From assembly GCF_964204645.1 (NCBI RefSeq), contig NC_134028.1:1736001-1800000 (forward strand): a DNA stretch of 64,000 nt, read 5' to 3'. Under the pieces are notes generated by a model. It was not told the origin of the DNA. It saw only the letters and a program-made list of their open reading frames with translations, and made no database searches. Positions 48,801 through 62,241 of the stretch are shown in pieces (position 1 is the stretch's first letter; the number at the start of each line of letters is the position of its first letter). The translations under genes and the position numbers were made by a program. The stretch is from Tubulanus polymorphus. Lineage: Eukaryota; Animalia; Nemertea.

Positions 48801-51800
48801 CTGATCTGTAGGAACCCTGGTATAGATATATAGAATTTTCTGTGTAGTGGTATGATATATGCTGAGGTTCCGTTTCATCCCCAGTACAAAATTCCATTTT
48901 TATATTATTATGTCTATGTTATCTATCTAACTGTATTATACAGGGTGTCTCAAAAATTGTGTTACCGTAGCTTTAAGATTAATAGTTCATGCTTCGATTG
49001 AAATAGATTTGTTTGGGGGTTTGATTGGTAGATGTTTGCTCGAGGAGGGAATGTTGATATGCAATAGAAAGTCGTGCATGGCTCTGAGCACTAGGCATTA
49101 ATGGAGTCGAACCAATATAAGAAATACAGTTCTTGCATTGTGTTCGTTTATTGATTGATAATCAGCTGCCAGTTGACATGATTTGAGACATTGATATTAA
49201 ATCAACTGAAACAGGTTTCTCCTTAATTAAATTGCTGGTCCGCTTAACTGATATTGTTTCATTCGACTCCGTTTCACATGACTTATCACTTCATTTCAAC
49301 ATTTCATCTCGGCGAACATCCAGGTCTACCAACCTTACCCCCCCCCCCCTAAAAACAATAATAAAGATTATAGTTAATGAATTAGTATCCTTTAAACTTG
49401 GGTAACACATATTTCTGAGACACCCTGTGTATTATGTATCTTCATATATGTGTTTCTGGGTTTTTATTTAACTGGTTGTTTTGCCTGCAGGATGCATCGT
49501 GCTTCACGTTACAGTTGTAATTCACTGGTTTTCGATAGAGTTTTCTATTTTGTAAACTTGGTCACCAGATGTTTCAACTGTTTACATTACATTGTTACCA
49601 GCTGGTCATAGGCAGTCCTATTTAGATTTTGAATTTAGAATCGGAAAACTTAAATCGTCATAATGCATAGAATTTAGAAACGAACATCATATGTTGGTAA
49701 TACATTCTAATAGAAACCAAAATCTTTATTTTCTTGTTTTGCGAAGTTGATTTTTCCAGAAAAAGCCAGAAGCACATTCTCTTCGCTATGCATTCTGCTA
49801 GTGCCACCAATCATCTATACGTATATTAAAATTAAGCCGGACGTAGGCGGACTCGCAAGTCCTTACTACGCCCGGCTTTAAATATGAAATATTTGAATTA
49901 TGGGCTCATTACTTCGAGCTATGACAGACTTAGAACACATTTTAGTTAGGTTGTGGTAAACCTTCAGTTAGAAATTTAAGGTGGATAAGAATCTATGTAA
50001 TTAAGGTGTGGCCGTAGTGGTATTTTAACCGTTTACGAATAGAAATTTATCTGCGTTCGATTTTAACGTCGTATTTCAGGTGAGAATGACCTTGACCGAG
50101 TATTCCGTCTGCCTAAAACGACGTACATCGGCGGAAGCCAGGAGGAGCTTACCCTGCGCGAAATCAAACAACGCCTCGAGGTAAGATTAGAAATGCTGAC
50201 TTGAATATTTTCATCAATCTGAAACGTGTTCCGACGTATGTTTTGTATATTGTAGGATATATACTGTAAAACTGTCGGGGTTGAATATATGTTTATCAAT
50301 AATCTGGACCAGTGCGACTGGATCAGACGAAGGTTTGAACCGCCGGGTATCATGCAAATGTCAGGCGATGAAAAACGTCTGCTGATGAAACGACTCATTC
50401 GATCTACGAGGTAATGAAACCACATATACAGTGCGACCTAGTTACTTCATCGGACCAGAAAATGTGTTTGTTGTGATGATTAAAAATTGTCCTTCTTTGG
50501 ATGAAATTCCAAGTTTTCTTTTTGGAATATCAAAGTTTGTTGTAACCGCTGAATCATTGTTATATCTGAGGTCGTTATATCCAAGTTGCGCTGTATCCCC
50601 ATCAAGCCATTAATTGTTCTGTTTTCTGTTTACGGTTGGATGCTACTGGTCGCTACAATTCGTCACATCATCTGTCCTCGGTGAAATTAAACGTTCAAAC
50701 TAATAATAAATAGCGTTATCAATGATTTTTTGTAGATTTGAAGAATTCCTGGCAAAGAAATGGTCATCGGAGAAACGTTTCGGTTTGGAGGGATGTGAAG
50801 TGTTAATTCCCGCCATGAAGATGGTGATAGATCAATCGAGTAGTGATGGAGTTGATAGTTTTATAATAGGCATGCCTCACAGGTTAGCCCGCGACAAAAA
50901 ACTGTCGAATAGTCGAGAATTTAACATCGGTTTTAAGTAATTCTGTTTGTATCGTTGATTTTAGAGGTCGTTTGAATGTCATAGCGAACGTCTGCCGTAA
51001 GCCGTTAGAGCAGATATTCTGTCAATTCGACTCGCAGTTGAACGCCGAAGACGAAGGCTCCGGCGATGTGAAATACCATCTCGGTTTGTCGCACGAACGT
51101 CTGAATCGCGCTTCGAATAAAAACATTCGCGTTTCGGTCGTCGCGAATCCGTCGCATTTAGAAGCGGTAAATCCGGTCGTGCAGGGAAAAACACGCGCGG
51201 AACAATTCTACCGAGGTGATACCGACGGCAAAAAGGTATTGTCCGATTTAAACTCTCTCCCGAGAGGTATCCGTTGGATTCACGGTCTGATTCTATGTAG
51301 TCGTCTATGGAAGTTTGAATGTTTTATTTACTGCTGTTTTTGAAGTTAGAAAATGTTGCTTTAGTTTAGTTTCAATTTCGTAAACGATCAGTCGATTCTT
51401 CGATGAATTAACTTATGCTTTTAACGAGGAAATTCGTACAAAATATCAGCTGCATTCGTCGGCGTTTACTGACGCTTTGTTCAGTCAGTCGTCTCAATCA
51501 AACAGATTTCATCTAAATCGATGTGGCTTTGCCTGTATTATTCTTATGGATTCCACACTGTCAGAATTGTTGAATTAACCGAACGAACTAACCCCCAGAG
51601 CCGGTTCGCCTCGTCACGACTAACTTTACCCCGGACACCATATTTCACTCTCCGATACGAACGCAGCTATTGGCTGTACATCTCACTACTACATATACAA
51701 TACTGATTGGATGTTGTTGCGATATGTTTGTCTATAGGTTATGAGTATATTGTTACACGGAGATGCTGCTTTCGCTGGACAAGGCGTTGTCTACGAGACG

Positions 51801-54800
51801 TTCCATTTGTCGGATTTACCGGCCTACACGACGAAGGGAACTATTCATATCGTCGTCAACAACCAGGTAACAATAACTAACAATCACTGAAAATCAACGT
51901 TAATCATTTGTGAAAATTGAAAATTAGAAAAATTAACGTTTAAAAATGTGATATAGAATCTCACACTAATGATGAAATATAAAGGATGAAATGTTTTCTT
52001 TGAGCTAATAGTTCATTCAGTTCAATGTTTCGACTATATTCCCTTATAGTCATATTCAGGAATACTGAGTTATGAGAAGCTTAGCAAACTCTGGGGAATT
52101 TCTCTTTTACAGATTGGATTTACAACAGATCCGAGATCGTCGCGATCGTCGCCGTATTGTACGGATGTAGCGCGCGTTGTAAACGCTCCGATATTCCACG
52201 TGAACGCAGACGACCCTGAGGCCGTCATGTATGTGTGTAAAGTAGCTTCAGAATGGCGAGCCGAATGGGGAAAAGATGTCGTTATTGATTTGGTAAGAGT
52301 TATCACAGTTTACAGCTACAGACTTGACTATGACTACCGTTTGAGAGTAGTTAGACTAAAATATCAAAATTCCCTCAAAATCAAAATGACTTCTAGCTCA
52401 TTTTCAATTAGCTACCGAGTGCTATTTTTCGAAGTCAAATTACTCACAATTAAAGATATGAGGTAGTCTGGTCTGCAGCTAGAATGAAAGTTTTTGAATG
52501 ATAAATTTTAGATTTGTGTTTTGGTGTTGTAAAGATGGAGAGAGGCTCTCGAGATGAGGTATATTCACCGACTCAGTTATTGAGTAATGTTTTTATCCGT
52601 TTGTTATATAGGTTTGTTATCGTAGAAACGGCCACAATGAAATTGATGAACCGATGTTTACTCAACCGTTGATGTACAATAAAATCGCGCGTCAACCGAA
52701 CGTCATGAATAAATACGTGGAGAAACTGACATCGGAAGACGTCATACAACGTACAGATTTTGAGGTTCGAATCTTTTGCCCACCGTTCCATTAACGTCTG
52801 TTCAATTGTCCGTCTTTAGTCAGAAATTAGTTTCAGAGTTTTCAACAGGTCTTAAACAATGTTAAGAACGTATATGCCCTAGATGTCTCAATGTTTAGGT
52901 CCGAGTACTACTGATTTCAGTGTTTTCAGTAAGAAATTAACAAGCCAGGTCCCTTCAAAAAACAGGAGGGTCCCATAATGTGTCACAGTCCCTGAAACGA
53001 AAGCTGGTTTGAAAGAACAGGTCCTTAAAAAACGACAGACGGGTCTGAGACCCAGGACCTGGCTCTTATTGAAAACACTGGATTTTGATTAGATTTTACT
53101 CAAATGAAATATAACGATGTTGATTGTTGTAATAGGCTGAAAGAGACACGTACGATCGAATCTGCGAAGAATCGTACGTCGCCGCTAAAAAACAAACTGC
53201 CGTACGAAACAGCGACTGGCTCGATTCGCCATGGTCCGGATTCTTTGAGACTAAAGACGCGATGAAACTGCCGGAGACCGGTGTCGATAAAGATACTCTT
53301 TCTCACGTCGCTGATGTATTTTCGTCGTGTCCCGATGACTTCGCTCTGCATCCAGGTAAAGTCTTAAATAATACGCAGTTGTCTGGCATTAAAAAAAATT
53401 TGGAAAATAATTTTGAAATATTGTTTGTTTGTTTGTCAGGTCTGAAGAGGATTTTGAGAGGTCGAAAAGATTTGTCGAAGAAATGCATGGCTGATTGGGC
53501 GATGGGAGAGGCCTTAGCGTGGGGTACCCTTCTGAAAGACGGGGTACACGTCAGACTCAGCGGTCAGGATGTCGAACGTGGAACATTCAGGTATAAAAAG
53601 GCTTCTTACAAATTAAAGGGATTGTTTTGATTTTTGCTGAAATAAGTTTCATGGATGTTTCAGTCATCGTCACAACGTTCTTCACCATCAGAAGATTGAT
53701 AAAGAAACGTACGTTCCATTGAATCATCTTTATCCAGAACAAGCGACGTACACTGTATGTAACAGTTCATTGTCTGAATACGCTGTTCTCGGTAAGTTCA
53801 CAGACAATCATTCTCTGCTCTACAAGTTATGCCTTTTGTATTGTAACAAAAAAAACCGATAATAATGGTAGGCCCAATGAGGAACTATTTTACAATGTCA
53901 TTTTTTTCTGTGAAAATATTTCTTGGTTACATGTGTATTGATGAATTTATTCAGTGTGCAATTTTTCAAATTTTCTTATTGGAGTTGACATTTTAAGTTT
54001 GTTTTATTTGATAAGTTCTTTGTTTTATCTTTGCCAAGTTTGCCACTCTATTTAATGTCTATAGTTTATGATTGTGTTTTTATTGTAGGATTCGATGTTG
54101 GTTATTCTCTGACTAACCCGAACTCGCTGGTGATTTGGGAAGCTCAGTTCGGTGATTTCCACAACACTGCGCAGTGTATAATCGATCAGTTCATATCATC
54201 TGGTCAGAGCAAGTGGGTTCGTCAGAGTGGTATCGTGCTACTCCTGCCTCACGGAATGGAAGGAATGGTACGATGATTCTGATTATTCATAAAGGCTTTA
54301 CGATACTTGCTTTGTTTATGTAGATGTTCATATTGATAATGTATCTCTCCAGGGACCGGAGCACTCCAGTGCTAGATTGGAGCGTTTCCTGCAAATGTCC
54401 AGCGATGATCCAGATCATTTCCCTGTAAGTTTAATTTATCGACACGACTTACTCAACTCATTTAATCAATCATACAATTCAGCCACATCCAGTTCCATGT
54501 TTTGATCTTTATGATATTGAATTTAATATTTTAACTGAAGTTCGTTCAATAAAATGATTGTCTGCATTTTGTAGGTTATCGGGCCAAACTTTGAGATGCA
54601 GCAGCTTCACGAGATCAATTGGTTTGTAGTGAACTGCACAACGCCTGCAAATTATTTCCACGCGATGAGACGACAGATTGCTTTACCTATACGTAAACCG
54701 GTTAGTTGAATTCAACCCCTTAGAATCCCTGCAGCTGATAATGGATAGCATCGGTTCAATCTTTTAATAAATCGTATTTCAGTTGATCGTCATGTCGCCG

Positions 54801-55809
54801 AAGAGTTTACTACGTCACCCGGAAGCTCGTTCATCGTTCGATGACATGCAAGACGGTACCCACTTCAAACGAGTTATAGCCGACGATAGCGCCGTCAATG
54901 AAACCCCGAAAAAGGTCGAAAAGAACATATTCTGTTCGGGCAAGATTTACTTCGAATTGATCAAAGAACGAGAAAAGAAAGGATTAGTCGAGAAAATAGC
55001 GATTCACAGAGTTGAACAGGTTTGTGTCTGAAATGGATAATTAGCATCTGTCTTTATTGGTTTAACTAGTTCCAATCCTTACTACACTTACAACGGAAGA
55101 ATAATTGTTATAACCAGTTCAGCTGTTGTTGCTGTTATCTGAATTGATATTTATATTTGCAGTTAAGTCCGTTCCCGTATGATTTAGTAAGGGAAGAGGT
55201 CGTGAAATATCCGAATGCTAAAGTATGCTGGGTCCAGGAAGAGCATAAAAACCAAGGAGCCTGGTCGTATATACACCCTCGTATGGAAGCTGTACTCAAC
55301 AAGTATCACAATGGAGAACGTTGCTTGTAAGTTCTTTTTCATTTAGATTCCAATTGCTAGAGATCAGCTAGTTTCAGTTCTATATTACTGAGTAATACGT
55401 CGCTAATATGGGTTAAAGCCTCACTTTAGCGTATCTCCCGAGGGTATCCTATTCTAAGCTGCTCATTCGGGCTAATCGGGCGGTTCTTGCCATTGAAGAG
55501 TCTCGAAACTCAAGGTTCGAATTCCTGCCGAGGGAGGATGCCCTGTAACGACCCAGCTAGGAGCAGATTCCTGGTAACTTGGTTGAGTACGAATACTTTA
55601 GTGTAATAGTATGAGTGTCTCATAACACACAGCGGTATTGGGACTACGTTCTTCAAATAATCAAAATCTTAAATCTTAATCATGTATTTTGTTTATTTAA
55701 TAGTTATGCCGGACGACATGCTTCAGCTGCGACCGCGACAGGCATTAAACAGATGCACACGATCGAATCGAACCAGCTACTGAGAGACGCGATGACCATT
55801 ATCAAATAA
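42851..55809 (+). CDS. OGDH: 2-oxoglutarate dehydrogenase E1, mitochondrial
   Basis: Exons 42851-43063, 43339-43527, 44381-44483 (or 45358-45451), 50080-50180, 50256-50410, 50736-50882, 50965-51235, 51738-51866, 52113-52292, 52612-52764, 53136-53355, 53440-53590, 53664-53791, 54089-54267, 54353-54424, 54575-54700, 54783-55019, 55163-55326, 55704-55809. Motifs: transit peptide, [80 protein letters not shown]. Confidence 0.97.
45358..45451 (+). CDS. OGDH: Alternative, mutually exclusive OGDH exon (3b)
   Basis: TTGTAG|...G|GTAAG, 94 nt, phase 0-1 like exon 3a (103 nt). Encodes [31 protein letters not shown], homologous to 3a [34 protein letters not shown]. Confidence 0.85.
45633..45816. mobile_element. 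MITE-like inverted-repeat element
   Basis: TAGGGTGTTCGATTCG ... CGAATCGAACGCCCTA termini, with inner CTCGGGT/ACCCGAG complementarity; followed by (TA)n at ~45826-45862. Confidence 0.7.
46406..46884. mobile_element. Degenerate Tc1/mariner-type element containing fragments of other MITEs
   Basis: Left TACATGGTGATCCAAAAAA and right TTTTTTGGACCACCCCGTA; internal GGGCCC-family end at ~46610-46632. Confidence 0.5.
48941..49427. mobile_element. Tc1/mariner-type non-autonomous element
   Basis: TA-CAGGGTGTCTCAAAAATTGTGTTACC ... GGTAACACATATTTCTGAGACACCCTG. Confidence 0.8.
52918..53080. mobile_element. MITE with 17-bp TIR and apparent 5-bp TSD
   Basis: CAGTGTTTTCAGTAAGA / TCTTATTGAAAACACTG, with GATTT directly on both flanks (52913-52917, 53081-53085). 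Confidence 0.7.
55458..55590 (+). mobile_element. tRNA-derived SINE-like fragment in the last OGDH intron
   Basis: A-box-like GGGCTAATCGG (~55468) and B box GGTTCGAATTCC (~55514); no intact cloverleaf. Confidence 0.45.
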
Positions 55810-58800
55810 ATCAATAGATCTCGATATAATCAGCATCGACTGAATGATGCATATTTACTGAACTTAGTGTGAGTTTTTGTTGACAGAAATTTCGTATATT
55901 CACATAACTATGTTCGCTCACCTCGTATAGAATAATTTTTCCGGGGGATATCTATAGACACGGCTACAATTTACAAACTCTTTTTATGACTGGGTGTCTT
56001 CGTCTTTGGTGCAAGGTTAACAAATTTATGTTTATAAGTGAAGAAACATTGAGACAGAGATTGATTGGTTATGACCGCTCTCATGTTTATAGTCGATGAT
56101 GCCATCTTTCGTCTTCTAAAATTTCTGAATTGTGCTTGACTTGTTTATTCGTTACTCGGCTAAAACCTGAATATTTAGGATTATTTTTGAATAAGATAAG
56201 AGCTGAGAAATGAGGGTTATTCTTCCTTGCGATTGATTTTCGACGAACGATGTTTTAACAAAATGTGTAAATACTTTGTAGTTATTAAAGTTGAATGTAT
56301 TGAATACATGTTTAACTTATTAATGTTTAAGTAAATGAAAAGGGTAATTTTCGAGCTTTATTCAGATTTAGTTCGGGGTAAATTTTGAAATTCGGTTCTT
56401 CGGCGCAAATTTCGTGTAAATCTTCAGTGTAGATACTGGCCGCGTGCTGCTTGATAATCTACTGTAATAGGACGTGTAGTGTAACACATTGTATCGTTTA
56501 GAACTTGATATTAATGTCCAAACCTGAGAAAACTTGTTATGTAAAAAGTCTTGTTTAGTTTTTCACGCAATGTTGATCATCTGCCAGCTACATACATGGT
56601 GTGTATTATAGAAAATTATAAATTCTAGTGTTTTTGTGGATGCTATTGATAATAATCGATGCTTGTCAGACTGTTTATGAACGTTAAAGATGATCTTATT
56701 TACTCTTAATTAGTGAAGCTAAAGCCTATGTGGAAAGCTTACTACGTCTGTGTATAATATAACCTTGTGTTTAACAAGCCGTAGAATGGTTGCCTTTAGT
56801 TGTAAATAGTAATGAAATGTTGTTGGTGTGCCCAATTAGAATTTCATTTTTAAACATCATTTGGCTTGAATAGTTTAATCGTAAAAACTATAGACCGAGA
56901 AAGAAAGCAACGATTGGGCCATCGTCGGTTTCCATGCTATGACTTAAATGAGGGCGTAAGAAAGAATAAATGAATACTACTGCTGGTGTTGAGAGTATGA
57001 GAAAATGTTTGATTTGACTAGTTCTCTGCAGATAATCATTTTTAAATAGTCTATTTAGTTAAAGTTATATAGGGTAACGTGAGATTCAAAGTGACTGGTT
57101 AATATTGATTGGGTTTTTCTGTATTATTTACTAGATTTTTTCAATCAATCAAAAACACTCTTATTAGTGATTTAAGTTAGAAATCAAGAGTTCTGTCAGA
57201 GACTTACGAATGATTAGTTGAATAATGAAATTGTTTTTATGTGCGTTTTCTTTTCATTATTCTTTAACTGTTTAACTGTGATGTTTTTTCTCTTCTGCAA
57301 TGATTGACGCCAAAAATAGTTGTTAAAGCTTTGTTTAGATTTGTAGATTGCGTACGGTTTTCCCTTTCTCCGAAGACGCTACTGTTTTAGTGCACATTTG
57401 AATCTACGGTCCATCAATCAATTCATTGGCCAGTTCGTAAATACTTGTACTTGTTTTCAAAGGCAACTTTTAAACTTTGAATCGAGAAAAAATGAACAGT
57501 CTACGAAATGAAAAAAAATTGCTTGGCAAAAACTAACGTTCGGTTTCAGTAGAAGCCCATACGTTCTACCGTTCCTTTTGAGTAGGATGTCTGCTCTGCA
57601 ATTAATTCACGGAGTGTCAAGTAGGTGGCGCTTCTACTGTTGTATTGTCACCGCTTCAGTGAATGTGGATCGAGTAAAAACTTTCAATGCATAGAAGTTT
57701 AATAAAATGTCAAAAATAATTGTCACTTATTTTCCTGTGCGTGATTTGTTGTATTTCGGGATTTACCATGCTTTCAAAATGAGGATACAGCAGTAACACG
57801 AGGATCTCACAAAACAGCAACAAAATGAACAAAAGCATTTTTAACAAAAAAAAAAAACAGTTACCAGATGATTATTTTACAAAAAGTTTTAACAAAAAGC
57901 ATTTAGAATCTTATCATTGTAAATTGCAGCTGTATAGCAAGAGATTCTTGATCTTTCAAGATCCTGAAGAATTGGTTTTAACAGCAATGGTGATTAAAAT
58001 GCTTGGTTTACAGCTTCTAACGCATCTGAACATTTAGGATCTAAATGACCATCTCCACCTGAAAATATATGTCGAATAACCCTTAAGTCTGGTGTTCAAT
58101 TATGTTTCATTTCTCAGAAAAATGCAGAAATAAATACCGAAATCAAGTTGACGAATATCGTCAGTGAAGATCCTTTCTCCATTTACCCAGATTTCGATAA
58201 TGTTTCGATCGTTTATTTGCACGAAATCTACTTTGTGTCCCTTATTTTCCAAAACATCTGAAACCAGGAGATATTCCGATAACAGACTACAGTCATCTCG
58301 CTTTTCTCATTGGACATGTTGGAGGAGGTATAATCTACTTACATTTCATACCCTGTAATCTATGTTCCCTGTGGTCTACTACTCCACAACTATCGTATGG
58401 TCCATAGTGGATGAACACATTAGCGTTGGCTGGCATTATTACACTGGAATGGAAGGTAAAGAGAAGATAAACAAAGAACAAGAACAGTCTTGAGTTGAAA
58501 TACTCCCCAAATTAGATAATAAATTTGTTAACCACGTATGTTTCAAAATCTGTATTTCTGATTCTATTAAAACTCAAAATGGGCCCTCAAAATTAACTCT
58601 TTTCATATTACATTTTAAACCAAAAATGTCTTGATTCTGGATACGAACCTCCGATTTGACAGGACTTTGTTTACATGTAGCTAGGAAGCTTCATTTCCGG
58701 GTTAGTGTTTCATATTGCCGCTGTGGCAGCACCTTCTGGGCCAAGTTTATTTGTGCTGTTATGGGTTTAAGGAGGCACTCTTACGAAACTGAAACTTCAA

Positions 58801-58949
58801 AAGTCGATTCAAGTTTCAGGTTTACGGAACACAGATTAGTGAATCCTATTTGGTAAACAGGTTGTGCTGAATTGGTCAGGCGACCAGTCTAGCGCAGAAT
58901 TGGACAGGCAACCAGTCCAGTGGCGGCGCGGGAATCCCAATCGGAGGTA

Positions 58950-59920
58950 CACTGACGCAATATCAAAATGGCGTGCTTTACCATAACACGAAAAGCAAAA
59001 ACCTCACCTAATTACTAACATTGTCACCCTCCTTTCCCACCACTCAAATCAGTATTTCAATATTTGGTAAGTGTTCGTAACATTGGTATAATTGGCGCAA
59101 AATATTCCATCTCAGATATTGTGGGTAATCATTATTTCAGAGGCACATCCTACACAGGGAACGGTGCACATGGTGGCGCTCAGTCGAGCATATCGTCAGC
59201 CATTACTTACATCCTGATATTTCTAGACCACGATGGGCTTCAATCTCCTCTCGCTGTGTTGTAATGAATTTGTTGTTAAATGATTCCATCCACTGATTAC
59301 ATCGAACAATGTGTGAACAGTGTAAGTTTATTTCATTGTTTAAATAAATGTTCTCTTCATCGGTTTCTGAAACAAGATTAAGATAATAATCTGTTCTTCA
59401 TGTTTCTTCATTTAATACTTTCTTGTTTATATTTCATGTTCAACTCTAGATGCAAAACCTCAACTGTGGATAGAAAAACCCTGTGAATCATTTAACTGCA
59501 GATTGGAGCGAACAATTTAATTTGTAAGTTTGAATTTTAAATTTCTGCAGTTATTTCTAAGAAGGAAAGAAAACAATCTTAGATTTGTCTATTATAGGTA
59601 TCACTTCAACGTGTTCAACGGGAATTTTGATTCAGCACAGGAAAACAAGAATCACTCTTAGATTCAGCACAGGACATCAAAGAATCAGTGTTTCACAATC
59701 AGACTTTTGGTTTCGCATGGCATGGGACATCAGGAATCACTCTTGGATTCAGCACAGGACAACAAGGAATCAGTGTTCCACAATCAGACTTTCATGGATA
59801 CAGCACGGGACATAAGGAATCACTTGGATTCTGCATAGGACAACAAGAAGGAATCATTGTTTCACTATCAGACTTTTTTGGATTCAGCACATGACATCAG
59901 GAATGACGATAGATGGAAAT
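58950..59920 (+). ncRNA. Probable spliced non-coding transcript, or long 5' leader of a downstream gene
   Basis: CpG-rich promoter-like patch with CAAAATGGCG (~58964). Three GTAAGT donors (59067, 59322, 59524) pair with pyrimidine-AG acceptors (59140, 59449, 59597), giving 74, 128 and 74 nt introns. Only short ORFs in the spliced exons. Confidence 0.45.
59628..59903. repeat. Degenerate tandem repeat (GATTCAGCACAGGACATCAGGAATCA-like units)
   Basis: The motif recurs about seven times with variable spacers. Confidence 0.75.
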
Positions 59921-59971
59921 TCAAGATAAGTTACATTTATCTTTATTAATCGGTTGTTGACTTGATTTTAA

Positions 59972-60187
59972 GGGACCAGTTTCATAGTATTTGATATAAA
60001 CCATGTTTTGAAATGAAAACACAGAAACCTGTTGCATTTATTCAATCATTTCAAATTTCTTAATAACGGTGAATATTTGGCTAGGATTAGTTCATGGTTT
60101 GGATTGTTATTTCAGTAAGCGGGTTTAAAAGTTTTCTAAATTGCGATCAACTCAAATGTTATTTCTAATCGATATGAAACTGGTTCC
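59972..60187. mobile_element. MITE (GGGACCAGTTTCATA TIR), PIF/Harbinger-like
   Basis: 15-bp TIR with one mismatch; TAA/TGA flanks. Confidence 0.65.
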
Positions 60188-60459
60188 TGATGTCAATAAT
60201 ACAACTGTTATCAATCATGTTCCTTCGTGATAATCAGATCATGTGTTCTCTTAAGAGTTAGAATTTCTGTAGATTAAACTGCTGTACTTATTTCATACTG
60301 ATTGAATAGTTACAGATACATGTAACATTGTGTACAGATACAGAATACAGATCACTACATTACTTCATCCTGTGATTGAACAGTGATTTAATGTTCTCTC
60401 ATCTTCACTAGATTCCCATCGTCTAACTAAAACATCAGAACATTTCAACTCACCTAACT

Positions 60460-60795
60460 GCAGGGTTTGGGGAGGGTGGGTAGGGTTGGGGGGAGGTAAG
60501 GGGTAGAGGGAGGGCGGGAGGGAAGGGGTGCGGGAGGGAAGGGGTGAGGGAGGGCGGGAGGGAAGGGGTGAGGGAGGGCGGGAGGGATGGGGCGAGGGAG
60601 GGCGGGAGGGATGCGGCGAGGGAGGGTGGGAGGGATGGGGCAATGTGGGCGGGAGGGATGGGGCAAGGGAGTTAGGGTGGGATGTAGGGGTGGGGAGAAT
60701 GGGTGGTGGTAGGACTTTGGAGGGAGGGGTATGGGTGTGGGGTTTAGGTAGTGTAGGGTGTAGGGTGTAGGGTCTAGGTTGGGGGTGGTTTAGTG
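60460..60795. repeat. G-rich 24-bp minisatellite followed by TAGGGTG repeats
   Basis: Units like GGGAGGGCGGGAGGGAAGGGGTGA, then (GTAGGGT)3; explains the Pro-rich and Gly-rich spurious ORFs. Confidence 0.9.
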
Positions 60796-62241
60796 TCAGG
60801 TACAGATGGTTAAGTCAATAGTCTTGAAGTTCAGGATATTTCAGAAAATGTGTCCCATCTTTTTCTTAATCTAAGAAAGGATTAATCATTATGAAACACA
60901 TCATGCGGCCATACGTGACTGGAACATGTCATGTTTCATGCTGTATAACCACCGGTCAATTGGACTAGTTATATTTTACTGGTTGTTATTTTTATGAGAC
61001 CCGGGTTTGATCCCCGGTGGGTGCAATTTCACAGTCACTTCTCTCAATCGTTATAAGATAATTGCCCCCAGATTTTTGAATTGGGACATTTCAATTTTTA
61101 GGGCCATTATTTAAGGTGTTGAATGATCACAAACAGCTCCTTAGCTCCGATAAAAAAACGGCTTAATGAACATTTCAATGAAACAATAATCATAGTAATA
61201 ATTACTGTTGATATCTGGCGGTTTACTGCTTCTTTTTGAATACATTTCCAGCTGAAAGATGTATTCTATCTTCTTCAGTGCTATTTTAGAAACCGCTGTA
61301 AATACTGGTTCTAGTTAAAAAACTGTAACCTGACGACTTTGTTGACGAGAGTCGCGATGCAGTCACATTCATTGCTGCTTCCTCTTTTTCTGCAGATTCT
61401 TAGACAGAGACCTAAACTCTTAATTTTTTGAAGAAGAGTATAGAACTCATTAGAAACCCATTAGAAAAGTGATATGTTTTGTAATCACTATTTATGGATT
61501 TTCAGACACGCTTCATTTGCGGGAACAGCAGTGGTACAGTTTATCACCATTCATAGATAGATATCCTTAATAATTAGTTAAATCCTATTCGAAAAGATAG
61601 GACACATTTTCTGAAATAAACTTTACAATTTATAGGTGGGACAAAGATTGACACGGAGTGACTATTGTTCTATTATTATATTCACGATATTAGTTCTATT
61701 GATGATAGTATATTTCTACCTGTGACTTATAATTCTATTCTAGACAGGGCTGCGAACTTAACTTATATCAGGAAACCGAATTTAAAAGTTGTAAAAAGTT
61801 TAAAACATGATATTCAACCAGATGTAGTTGTAGTTTTCACAGGCTACCGAGACCTTCCTACTACATTGAGACTTTGACAAAGCGTATTATGCATTGTAGT
61901 AGTTACATATCTAAGATTATTTAACTGTGTTTGAAGTTTTTGAGAATCCTTTAGCACAAATCTTAGTGATTTACTTGTAGGAAACGCGTTCACTTAATTT
62001 CATTAACTCCATTTTAAATCAACGGGATTCCAGCACACACCAGATGGCGCAACAATATACTCAGTGATACATACTGAAAATGAGTTAATTTTCAATGAAC
62101 TTTGAACTGGATTTTGACCGATGGGAAAAGTTGATTAGAAGTTAATTGAAATGTAGAAGTAAATGAAGCGCGGTAACCAAGTAACGTAACCACTAGCAAA
62201 CGTGACGGATCATACCTGTCATACATGGAATCCTCAATTGC

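Noticed and set aside
46350-49665. Third OGDH alternative exon (VRGH at ~46350; AGHRQSYLD at ~49601)
   Set aside because: No correctly phased acceptor, and in-frame stops follow.
60365-60770. Pro-rich and Gly-rich ORFs
   Set aside because: Artefacts of the G-rich minisatellite.
60995-61026. tRNA gene (GACCCGGGTTTGATCCCCGG..GCA)
   Set aside because: Only a T-arm-like 3' half with a mutated B box and no cloverleaf; at most a SINE fragment. The same applies to 55458-55535.
61561-61770. AT-AC U12 intron starting ATATCCTT
   Set aside because: No good TCCTTAAC branch site with AC acceptor and no supported flanking exons.
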